Source: a bacterium (lineage in GTDB: Bacteria; UBA8248). From it: DNA of 64,000 bases. The DNA is taken from NCBI GenBank assembly GCA_022828125.1, contig JAJEJD010000015.1, positions 55,240 through 119,239 of the forward strand, read 5' to 3'. Each line of letters starts with the position of its first letter. The first letter of the stretch is position 1. A program made the position numbers and the translations under genes. Positions 9,213 through 17,179 of this stretch are shown here, piece after piece. Below the pieces are notes generated by a model. It searched no databases, was not told the DNA's origin, and saw only the letters and a program-made list of their open reading frames with translations.

Positions 9213-9677
9213 TCAGGCGGCGATAGTTCTTAGTTCATCCAGCAGATTGTGCCGCGCCGTGGGTTTTTTCACCGTTCTAACCTGCACATAGGGCTGGTGC
9301 TCATCTGCGTTTTTCTTTTCCCGTCCTTCGGATTCGATATCTCCCCGGCGCACCGCCTCAACGGCTTCATCCCATTCCCGTTTCGTTTCTTCGCAAATCT
9401 CTTTGAAGAATGCCTCCACACGCTCTTTGAAGGTCGCGAAATCGACGGCTTCCTCCGCCATATCGAACAGGACGGACGTGTAGGTCCGTCGGAAAGCGGA
9501 GAAAGCCTTATCCTCATTTTCTCCGGTCGCAGCGATTCCCCCCGGCTGTACGCCGTACATCCATGTGGAATCATCCTCTTTCATCCCGAGGACCGTTCCC
9601 ATCATTCTTACGTCCGCCACGAAGCCGTTTCCTTCCACCTTGTCAGAGAAGGTGAAAAAGAAAGGAAACGCGCTCAT
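9213..9677 (-). CDS. HicB-like antitoxin
   Basis: WMYGVQPGGIAATGENEDKAFSAF motif; RBS aaaaggag. Confidence 0.55.
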   Translation of the reverse strand: MSAFPFFFTFSDKVEGNGFVADVRMMGTVLGMKEDDSTWMYGVQPGGIAATGENEDKAFSAFRRTYTSVLFDMAEEAVDFATFKERVEAFFKEICEETKREWDEAVEAVRRGDIESEGREKKNADEHQPYVQVRTVKKPTARHNLLDELRTIAA

Positions 9678-9719
9678 GTTCCACTCCTTTTCGGTTAGTG
9701 AATTGGTGCGAGAAATATC

Positions 9720-9811
9720 TCACAAAACCACACCCTATCTCACAATCTACAAAGTATCGCCATATCCTGCCATAGATCGCTGAAATCTCAACCCGCCTGA
9801 TCCGCCCCCCC
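9720..9811 (-). repeat. Cassette left-boundary motif L1
   Basis: Minus strand ttgagatttcagcgatctatggcaggatatggcgatactttgtagattgtgagatagggtgtgg. Confidence 0.75.
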
Positions 9812-10387
9812 TCACTCGATCCTCTCCTCCAGCTTCCGCGTCGCCTCCTCGACGATTTCGCACACCTTTTCCATCACCTCGGGATGCGCGCGGAACGATT
9901 CGCGCACTTCCTTGACGATCGCCATCTTGGCGGCGGCGAAGCCGTCCTGGTATTCGAGCTTGAGCTTTTCCGCCGATATGCGGCTGCGCTCCAGCCCGTT
10001 CACCATCTGCGCGAGTTTCTCGGGCGTCAGGTCCGCGAAGGATTCCTTCCCCATCTGGGAAACGGCCTCGACCGCCTGGGTCATCAGCATCCGCCGCGCG
10101 GCGGCGGCCACCTTCTCGCCCGGGTCCCTGCCCTCGCCGTCATAGGCCATGACTTCCTCGATCAGCTCATCCACCATGGCTTCCACCCGCTTGGTCTTGC
10201 GGATGCCTTCCAGCAGGCGGTTGTTGCGCCTGCCTATGGAGCAGAGCCCTATCTTCTCCCCGGTCTCCTTCTCGAAAGCCTCGGCCACCTCCTCGTAGGT
10301 CTTCCCCTCGGCGAGCATGGGGTCGACGACATTCTCGGCGCCGTATTCCACCACCTTCGACCTGCGCCCCCGCCTCCTCTCCATCAC
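9812..10387 (-). CDS. Mu-like phage gp27 / DUF3486 family protein (putative terminase small subunit)
   Basis: GRRSKV...TYEEVAEAF...GEKIGLCSIGR N-terminal HTH pattern; follows a gp26-like gene as in Mu-like phages. Confidence 0.7.
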   Translation of the reverse strand: MMERRRGRRSKVVEYGAENVVDPMLAEGKTYEEVAEAFEKETGEKIGLCSIGRRNNRLLEGIRKTKRVEAMVDELIEEVMAYDGEGRDPGEKVAAAARRMLMTQAVEAVSQMGKESFADLTPEKLAQMVNGLERSRISAEKLKLEYQDGFAAAKMAIVKEVRESFRAHPEVMEKVCEIVEEATRKLEERIE

Positions 10388-10716
10388 AATTCTCCCACGA
10401 GGATGTCGGGCGAAGCGGATACGGCGCCTTCGAGCAGACCGCGCCCCTTGCGGGTCAGGTGCGCCTCGTAGTCGGTCAGCAGGCGGCCGAAACCGCCCGG
10501 GGTGCGCTTTTCCAATAAACCCCGCCCTGCCAGATCGTCCACGAAGGCCTCGAGCGTCTCGCGGCCCAGGGGCGCGCCGTCCTCATGGTGGCCCGCCTCG
10601 CGCAGCGCGCTCCAAAGGAGAAGGCTGCCCACGCTCGATTCCGGGCGCAAGGCATCCTGGTAATACAGCGTCTTCAAAATGTCGCCGCGCAGGACGCGGG
10701 CCGTCAGTTCGTTCAC
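10384..10716 (-). CDS. Mu-like phage gp26-like winged-helix protein
   Basis: LRGDILKTL...AGH...LAGRGLL...AHLTRKGRGLLEG...PDI; 4-bp overlap with the next gene. Confidence 0.6.
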   Translation of the reverse strand: MNELTARVLRGDILKTLYYQDALRPESSVGSLLLWSALREAGHHEDGAPLGRETLEAFVDDLAGRGLLEKRTPGGFGRLLTDYEAHLTRKGRGLLEGAVSASPDILVGEL

Positions 10717-10975
10717 GATGAAACACCTCCTCGATGATTTTCATACCGGCGCGCCGGACGCCACCCGCCGATATCCAGGCTTCTTGCGCCCACTGAAAAT
10801 ACCTCCTCGATGACTTCCATTCCTGAATGCCGAACACCCCGCGCGCGGCGGGATTCAGCCAACATACAAGGCGGCGCGGGTTCGGGCGGCCCGGCAAATG
10901 CGGGGAAATGCGGGTGCGGGCGCGTTGAGAAAATAAATTCCGGGTTGCACAATGCCGCCCGAGGAGGAGGCTTCG

Positions 10976-11383
10976 ATGCGCTCAAGCGCGCGGAAAATCA
11001 TCACCACGCTCGCCGTATACGCACTCTGGTTCGCGTGGCTGCCCGACGCGCCTGCCCTCGCTCACGGGGAGGAGGAGATACTCCTGTTCGCCTATCTGGC
11101 GGAGGAGCGCAACCTGCTGAGAATCTCGACCGCCATCGTGGGCGGCATCATCCTGGCGATGGGCGCCTTCATCACCCAGCAATCGCGCGCCGAGGCGCGG
11201 GAGAGCGCCCGGGCCGAATTCACGGGCTTCAGGGTTATATTGCCGGGACTGCTCGTCACGAGCCTGGGCGTCATCGTGCTGTTCACGGCCGCCTTCATCC
11301 TGCCCGAGCAGATCAAGATCGTGCACGACCATCCCCTGGAGCACATCGAGACGAAAACGACGAAAAGCAAAAGCGGCCCGTGA
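10976..11383 (+). CDS. Hypothetical membrane protein
   Basis: Signal-like N-terminus, two hydrophobic segments, strong RBS gaggagg. Confidence 0.65.
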   Translation: MRSSARKIITTLAVYALWFAWLPDAPALAHGEEEILLFAYLAEERNLLRISTAIVGGIILAMGAFITQQSRAEARESARAEFTGFRVILPGLLVTSLGVIVLFTAAFILPEQIKIVHDHPLEHIETKTTKSKSGP

Positions 11384-11664
11384 GGGGTTGTTGGAAAGTC
11401 CCTGCGCACCCCCTCGAATGAAGGCCGTATGGGTCAGACATATATGTCTGACCCCGTGGCCGCCCTTGTCATCGGCTGGAAAACCAACCCCCCCTACCCC
11501 CCCTTGTCAGGGGGGCAAGAAAAATCAAAACCCTCCTCAGCCCGGCGGGGGCGCATCGCCTTTTTATACCCCCCTGTCAAGGGGGGGTAGGGGGGGTTGC
11601 CTTGATGAAGTTTCCCTTTCAAGGGGGTTGCCATTACCCTCCCAGGGGCTTTTTCAACAACCCC
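11384..11664. mobile_element. MITE-like element (shared terminal inverted repeats, C/G-tract palindromic core)
   Basis: ggggttgttggaaagtccc ... ggggctttttcaacaacccc; core aacccccctacccccccttgtcagggggg...cccccctgtcaagggggggtagggggggtt. Confidence 0.75.
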
Positions 11665-11689
11665 AAAGCCCTCCCCGCGCAAAACCCCC

Positions 11690-12115
11690 TCACTTCGCCT
11701 TTCCCGTGAGTTTCTCGACGGTGCGCAGCGCGCCCAGACCCAGCATCCCCAGGGTGAGTTCGAGAAGCCCGTCCACCGAGACGGGATAGGGCGCGAGTTC
11801 GCCGCTCATCAGCACCTGCCGCGTCCAGAGCCATGCGCCGAGCGCATACTGGGGAATAAAATAGAACGCCAGCGAGACGCCGCACGTCCACAGGATGAAC
11901 GGCCTGCCGCCCGCGACGAAGACGCTGCGGTGGGCCGCTTCGATTTTGTTGATCTCGTTCTGGGCTTCGGCGGGGCGCATCATCAGCTTTTGCTTTATCG
12001 CCTCCGCCGCGCGCCGCTCGTCCGGCGTCTCGACGAACCTGTCGATGACGTTGGCGACGCTCTCCGCCGCCGACACGACACCGCCGCCGATGAGCTTTTC
12101 CAAAAAGGCCATCAC
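11690..12115 (-). CDS. Phage holin (3TM-type)
   Basis: EINKIEAAHRSVFVAGGRPFILW...GMLGLGALRTVEK signature; directly downstream of the lysozyme. Confidence 0.85.
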   Translation of the reverse strand: MMAFLEKLIGGGVVSAAESVANVIDRFVETPDERRAAEAIKQKLMMRPAEAQNEINKIEAAHRSVFVAGGRPFILWTCGVSLAFYFIPQYALGAWLWTRQVLMSGELAPYPVSVDGLLELTLGMLGLGALRTVEKLTGKAK

Positions 12116-12525
12116 GCGCTCCTTATGCGCCCGGCCACCCTGCCCGCCCGGGCGGGGAGTTCCCGCGCGTAAACCGAATCGAGCGCCTCCCCGGCCGCCC
12201 GCTCGTAATCGCCCTTAGCGAGCGCGGCCCACATCTTCTGAAAGCCCAGAAGGCTCGGCACGCCCATGTTGTAGGCCATGTCGAGCAGAGCGCGCCTGGC
12301 ACCCGGCCTCAAATTCGCATACACCTCGCCGACGCGGGAGCGCTCCAGCTCTTCGGCCATCAGGATGAGCCGGTGGCGGAGGAGCATTTCTCCCTCCTCC
12401 TCTGTAATGCCGTCCTCGATCAGCGTTCCGTAACCGATGGTCTTCTTGCCCTTGGTATCCAGATAGACCCTGGCGACGAAACCCTCCTCGCGCTTGATCT
12501 CCTCTACGAGTTCGTCCGTGAGCAT
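12112..12525 (-). CDS. Phage lysozyme/endolysin (GH24-like)
   Basis: EEG...YLDTKGKKTIGYG catalytic E/D/T triad; DMAYNMG; FQKMWAAL. Confidence 0.88.
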   Translation of the reverse strand: MLTDELVEEIKREEGFVARVYLDTKGKKTIGYGTLIEDGITEEEGEMLLRHRLILMAEELERSRVGEVYANLRPGARRALLDMAYNMGVPSLLGFQKMWAALAKGDYERAAGEALDSVYARELPARAGRVAGRIRSA

Positions 12526-12734
12526 GATTTCTCCTCTTTCACGAGCGAATCCTCGGTTTTGGCCACCTGTTGCAGGACGCGACAAAGCGCCGCCGCTCCC
12601 TTGCGCGCGCCCCAGCGGTCCGCATAGGCCCGGCTCGAAGCCAGCACCCGTCCGTTCCTCGCCCGCACCCGGAAGCGATGCCGCCCGGATTTATCCCGGA
12701 ATATCTCGACGGGACGATATTTCGCGTTCCTCAT
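12504..12734 (-). CDS. YegP/DUF1508 family protein
   Basis: EIFRDKSGRHRFRVRARNGRVLASSRAY. Confidence 0.8.
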   Translation of the reverse strand: MRNAKYRPVEIFRDKSGRHRFRVRARNGRVLASSRAYADRWGARKGAAALCRVLQQVAKTEDSLVKEEKSCSRTNS

Positions 12735-12880
12735 GGCCAACATACGACGCCCCCCAGGAAAAAGCCCAACAGCACCAGCCCCGCCCCCGCGGCGACGAGG
12801 CGCAAGGCGGTGTGCTTCTTGTCGGCCCAGCGCCACAAGGCGGCGTCCGTTCTTCTTTCGAATTCATTTTTTTCGCTCAT
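12731..12880 (-). CDS. 49-aa single-TM protein
   Basis: MSEKNEFERRTDAALWRWADKKHTALRLVAAGAGLVLLGFFLGGVVCWP; RBS gaggag; ATGA overlap with the DUF1508 gene. Confidence 0.65.
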   Translation of the reverse strand: MSEKNEFERRTDAALWRWADKKHTALRLVAAGAGLVLLGFFLGGVVCWP

Positions 12881-13161
12881 GACTCTCCTCTCTTTCCGGT
12901 AATGAAATCCCGCGCGCCGCGCTTAAGCGATGCGCCTCGACGTGAGAGATTCTAGGCCTTGATCCCGCCGGGCCGATGACGGAAAATGCGGGCAATTGCG
13001 GGGTGATGCGCTTTCACCCGCCCCTGGCAGTGAAAAAGCGCATCCCCCCGCGCCGGACGCGCCCGCTCGACCGTTTCGTTCGCGACGCGCGAGGGGCGTT
13101 TCAACCCGCTATGAAGACGACGCGCCGAGGGGCGCACGCCGCCAAGCACAGGAGAGGAACC

Positions 13162-13650
13162 ATGAAAAAACTGACCGCCATCGCCCTCGTGGCCGTATTC
13201 GGCCTGGGGCTGGCCGGGTGCCGCGCCGACGGCACCATGGACAAACAGACCGGCGGCGCGATTCTCGGCGGAATCGCGGGCGGTCTCATCGGGTCCAAGT
13301 TCGGCAAGGGCCGGGGCCGCAAAGCGGCGACCTTCGCGGGCGCGGTCCTCGGCGTCCTCGCGGGCAGCTCCATAGGGCGCCAGCTCGACGAGCGCGACCG
13401 TCTGCTGATGTCGCGCAGCACGCAAAAAACCCTCGAACGCGGCAAGACGAACGTGGCAAGCAAGTGGGTAAACCCCGACACGGGCAACCGGGGCACCATC
13501 ACGCCCAGGCGCACCTACCGGGTCCAGAGAGGCTCGGCCACCAGTTACTGCCGCGAGTTCCAGCAGACCATCACCGTGGGCGGCAAGACAGAGCGCGCCT
13601 ACGGCCGCGCCTGCCGGCAGCCCGACGGAAGCTGGAAGATCGTCAACTAG
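13162..13650 (+). CDS. Glycine-zipper surface antigen lipoprotein (Rickettsia 17 kDa-like)
   Basis: Lipobox LAGC, glycine zipper, WVNPDTG, CREFQQT, ACRQPDGSW. Confidence 0.9.
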   Translation: MKKLTAIALVAVFGLGLAGCRADGTMDKQTGGAILGGIAGGLIGSKFGKGRGRKAATFAGAVLGVLAGSSIGRQLDERDRLLMSRSTQKTLERGKTNVASKWVNPDTGNRGTITPRRTYRVQRGSATSYCREFQQTITVGGKTERAYGRACRQPDGSWKIVN

Positions 13651-13796
13651 GCGCGCGCAAAGAGACGTTCTCATAAGGTTCAGGGGGCGCGGATCGGGTT
13701 GCGCCTTGCATCGAGGCATCGCCCGGTTAAAATACATGGCGCGTTTGTGGAGCGACCGGCAAGCCGGCAGCGATTCAGGAAAGGGGGCCGACAAAA

Positions 13797-14297
13797 ATGG
13801 TTTCCGATCAGACGAGAAACGACGTTTGGCAAGAGCTTCTGGACGTCACGAGACTCGTTCGCTACTACGGGGCGCTTTCCGACCGCCATCGCCGCAACCA
13901 TACCGCCGTTCGGTTTCTCCTCCTGGCCGCGGCGGCCGGCGGAATCGCCGCGCTGCTCGATTTGCTTCCGCAGATCGTGCAACTCGTCGCAGGAGGACTC
14001 ATCGCTCTCGTCGTCGCCTGGGATTTCGTGTCCGACTACGCCAAAAAGGCCGCCGTTCTGCATACGATCGACATCGAATGCGGCCTGCTGGAAATCGAGT
14101 GGCGCGAATTGTGGAACGAGGCCAACGACCCCGAGGCGGGCGACGCGGATGTTCGAGAGAAGAACCGGCGGCTCGCCGAGAGAATCTCATACGTGACCGC
14201 AAGGGCGGGAGACGCCAACATCCCGGAGAATCGGAAACTGAACGAAGAATGCGCGAAAACGGCATACAGGGTCGTGGCCGATCAATATGCCGCCTGA
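13797..14297 (+). CDS. 2TM membrane protein, SLATT-like
   Basis: Helix, two TM segments, then a helical C-terminus; RBS aagggg. Confidence 0.55.
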   Translation: MVSDQTRNDVWQELLDVTRLVRYYGALSDRHRRNHTAVRFLLLAAAAGGIAALLDLLPQIVQLVAGGLIALVVAWDFVSDYAKKAAVLHTIDIECGLLEIEWRELWNEANDPEAGDADVREKNRRLAERISYVTARAGDANIPENRKLNEECAKTAYRVVADQYAA

Positions 14298-14418
14298 AAC
14301 TCGCAATGGCGACTCCTCCATAATTGCCAGAGGCAAACCCCCAAGACCGGAGAACATACCTTTACCGAAACCACCGCCGAGACCACCCGCGCCACCGAAG
14401 AAGAAACCGGAAAACTAG
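14287..14418 (+). CDS. 43-aa proline-rich peptide
   Basis: MPPETRNGDSSIIARGKPPRPENIPLPKPPPRPPAPPKKKPEN*, overlapping the end of the SLATT-like gene. Confidence 0.5.
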   Translation: MPPETRNGDSSIIARGKPPRPENIPLPKPPPRPPAPPKKKPEN

Positions 14419-14501
14419 CCTCTGCTACGTTCCATCCGCGCCCGCATGGAGTTCATGCTTCTCAAGGGATACAATTCGGTTTCACCTTCGAGGGGTGTTT
14501 C

Positions 14502-14906
14502 ATGAAAAAGAGTATCTGCGCGGGCGTGGCGTTCATGTTCTTCGTATCCGGTTGCGCGGGAGTTGGACCGAACCCGGTGGCGCGCTACGCGCCTGCCGAT
14601 GAAAAGCGCGCCTGCGCCTCGCTCAAGGCGGAGATCAAGGCCAACAGGAAGGAAATCGCCAAAAAGACGACCGAGCGAACGAACAAGGCGAACAAGAACC
14701 TCATCCTCGGCGCAGCGGGCGTGTTCCTCATCGCGCCGTGGTTCTACATGGACCTGAAGGGCAAGGAAGCGGTCGAGACCGAAGCCCTCGAGCGCCGAAA
14801 CGCCGCGCTTCGCCGCATCGCCTTCGACAAGGGCTGCAACGCGCCGCTTCCGATCGTGACGCATCAGCGGAAGCCGAACCTAAGAACCGATGAGAAAGGG
14901 AGATAG
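14502..14906 (+). CDS. Hypothetical lipoprotein
   Basis: Lipobox VSGC; C..L..EI and PWFYMDLK pattern. Confidence 0.75.
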   Translation: MKKSICAGVAFMFFVSGCAGVGPNPVARYAPADEKRACASLKAEIKANRKEIAKKTTERTNKANKNLILGAAGVFLIAPWFYMDLKGKEAVETEALERRNAALRRIAFDKGCNAPLPIVTHQRKPNLRTDEKGR

Positions 14907-15273
14907 GCGCAATAGCGTTTCGAGGACAGACGCATGTTCTGCATCCTCGCGGACTCCTGCGCCGGCCATCTCCTGCGCGAGTGGGGGTCGAGAAGTTCAC
15001 GCGCGTCTACGCCGCGAAAGACGCCAAGGCCGCGATCCTCAAGGAGACGGAAAAACCCGACCGGCGGTGGAAGGAGGTGTGGCTGGGCGGGGTAAGGTAG
15101 GAGAGTTACGACCGAGGAGGAAAGAATTGCGTATTTGCAAAAAGAAAAGCCCCCCGGGTTTCCCCGAGGGGTGTAGTTTCATTCCAAGCTTGCTTCCTAG
15201 AAGCCGGGGTCCTCGTCGTGTGTGCGGAACATCGTTTGGTCTCCTTTCAGCGGCCGGATAGCTACAGACTTGC

Positions 15274-15819
15274 CTAACCGTTCAAATTATTCCATTTTCG
15301 ACATAAACTTTCAAGCCCTATATAAAGCCTGCTCCCCCTTCGATTTCTCAGGTCGGCAATCCACGGCTCGAATACGTCATAATAGCGTAAAACATTCGTT
15401 TGATACAGTTCGCGAATGACGCCTTCATTGACAAAACCCTTATCCACCAACACCGCCAAATCCTCAAGATAATTCAAGACATTCGTTATGTTTAATTCGA
15501 GCATGTCATCGTCTTTGATTCTCTCTTGTATAATTCTCAGCCTCTCCTCCCTCGGTTTGTCGGCTATGGGTTTTATTAGCCCGATGACGGCTTTTGGGGA
15601 GTCGAAAAAACTCGTGGTATTCCATTCGGAGGTGAGGGACATCGTGCGGGTCATTTGTTCGGATTCCACATTCGCATAAACGCTTTGAGCGATATAAAAA
15701 GCGCTGACGATTGCGGCTGCTGCGCCAACAGCTATGGCGATAAACGTCGCCAATTCCTTGTGGGCAGGCAAGAAGAAATACACGCCGACAATCACGCCGA
15801 CGAAGATGATGGCAACCAC
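15274..15819 (-). CDS. DUF4760-like membrane protein
   Basis: N-terminal TM segments; VLNYLEDLAVLV..G...E...R.......LY..LE.L...W pattern; low GC. Confidence 0.65.
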   Translation of the reverse strand: MVAIIFVGVIVGVYFFLPAHKELATFIAIAVGAAAAIVSAFYIAQSVYANVESEQMTRTMSLTSEWNTTSFFDSPKAVIGLIKPIADKPREERLRIIQERIKDDDMLELNITNVLNYLEDLAVLVDKGFVNEGVIRELYQTNVLRYYDVFEPWIADLRNRRGSRLYIGLESLCRKWNNLNG

Positions 15820-15850
15820 AGAGGGGCTACGAGACGGGAACCTTCAGCCC

Positions 15851-15875
15851 GTAGGGGTCGCTCGTGAGCGACCCT
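15851..15875. repeat. GTAG-type REP
   Basis: gtaggggtcgctcgtgagcgaccct palindrome. Confidence 0.6.
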
Positions 15876-15898
15876 CTCGGTAGGTGCAGTCTATTGAT

Positions 15899-16024
15899 CG
15901 TCATTCCGGCGCACGCCGGAATCCAGAACCGAGGAAAGGGACAACATCGCAGGTTGAACATGAAAAAGGATAAAGCAAAAAACAAAGGCAAAAACCCTGG
16001 ATTCCGGCATGCGCCGGAATGACG
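15899..16024. repeat. Palindromic repeat element (gtcattccggc...gccggaatgac type)
   Basis: cgtcattccggcgcacgccggaatccag ... ctggattccggcatgcgccggaatgacg inverted pair. Confidence 0.75.
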
Positions 16025-16090
16025 GGCGCTCTCTCCTCCTCAGTCGGTCGCAACCCCTCCCTCCTTGGACGGGGTTGACCCCCCTCAGTC

Positions 16091-16486
16091 CTAATCGTTC
16101 TCCCGCATCCCGCCGAATTTCCATTCGAGATCGTGCGGGAAATCCTCCGTCATCTTCTCGACGTAGGCGAGCACGTCCTCGCGGCGGAAGCGCGCGCTCT
16201 TGAAGGAGGGGTGGCCTTCGGGCTGCCTGGCGCCCGCGCGCGGGGGCGGGCGGCGCAGGTAGACGGGGCGGAGACAGGGCGCGTCGCTCGCGCAGTCCTC
16301 GGCGATGATGGCGTCGAGCGTTCGGTAACTCCGGTAGCCGAGCACCCTGGCGAGCATGGGCTTGGTGAGAAACGCCTCTTCCTCGAGAATGCGGCGCGGC
16401 GTTCTCGAATCGAGCGGGGCGTGTTTCGTTCTCCTCGCGCGCCTCTTGCGCCTGGTCGTCTCATCGCGGGGTTTTCCGGACGGCAT
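16091..16486 (-). CDS. Excisionase/AlpA-like HTH DNA-binding protein
   Basis: FLTKPMLARVLGYRSYRTL...RFRREDVLAYVE; TGATG coupling to the upstream gene. Confidence 0.6.
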   Translation of the reverse strand: MPSGKPRDETTRRKRRARRTKHAPLDSRTPRRILEEEAFLTKPMLARVLGYRSYRTLDAIIAEDCASDAPCLRPVYLRRPPPRAGARQPEGHPSFKSARFRREDVLAYVEKMTEDFPHDLEWKFGGMREND

Positions 16487-16731
16487 CAGGCGAGCGCCTC
16501 GGCGAGCGGGAGGAGGACCAGGTCGCGGCGGCGGGTTCTCTTCATCCGGACGAGGGAGTCGGCGCGCGCGCGGGCGGATGCCATGTTCGGGAAGATGAGG
16601 CTCACGCGCCTTTCGCGGAAGCGGTCGCGGTAGACGAGCAGTGCCGCCTCTTCGGGGAGGCCGAAGCCCTCGTCCACAAGGTCCGAGAGCGCGCGCTCGT
16701 GGGTTCCGATGAAGGAGACGGCATCGTTCAT
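16486..16731 (-). CDS. Hypothetical phage-like protein
   Basis: 81-aa ORF with RBS gggagggg, coupled to the HTH gene. Confidence 0.6.
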   Translation of the reverse strand: MNDAVSFIGTHERALSDLVDEGFGLPEEAALLVYRDRFRERRVSLIFPNMASARARADSLVRMKRTRRRDLVLLPLAEALA

Positions 16732-16918
16732 GACGACGCCCCTCCCGGGCGCAGATGCGGCGCGCTTCCGATGCGGCGTAATAAAAACCCGGATGACCCG
16801 CGCGGTCTCGAAGGTGCGTTGGTCTCGGAGGGGGGCGCCTCGCGGGCGGTTCGAGACGCCGGGTTCGGTGGGGAAGAAGGTGGGGTATTGCGGGACGGAT
16901 CATCCGGGCAAGGCGAAT

Positions 16919-16973
16919 TTCCGAAAAATTCGATAAATTTCGATAAATTCACGGGGTTTTTCGATAAATTCAT
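16919..16973. promoter_or_regulatory. Phased CGATAAAT direct-repeat operator-like motif (copy 1)
   Basis: ttccgaaaaattcgataaatttcgataaattcacggggtttttcgataaatt; near-identical to 50352-50407. Confidence 0.6.
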
Positions 16974-17179
16974 GGAATTTCCTTTTTTTCTTCATAAGGT
17001 CAACAATATCAACTAGATATCCGATTCATCCACCTGTGTGTGATATTCTTATTCACACATCAGGCAACGGCAATATATCTATATATATTTATAATGTCAA
17101 GGAAAATATCCAAAAATATCTATTGCCGGGATGCGGTCGTGCAAGTCATTGACAAGAAAGGAGATACGAAGAGGTCGGG

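Noticed and set aside
5846-9947. CRISPR array, classical integron or DGR as the explanation of the repeats
   Set aside because: Repeats are over 100 bp with gene-sized spacers; I see no cas, intI or reverse transcriptase gene and no convincing attC palindromes; differences between copies are largely synonymous rather than adenine-specific.
11388-11789. ORFs containing PPYPPLSGG-like peptides (also near 31.3 kb and 38.9 kb)
   Set aside because: Translations of the non-coding palindromic repeat.
14910-15270. Possible ncRNA or terminator in the intergenic gap
   Set aside because: Only weak hairpins and no recognisable family; cannot be supported without a covariance search.
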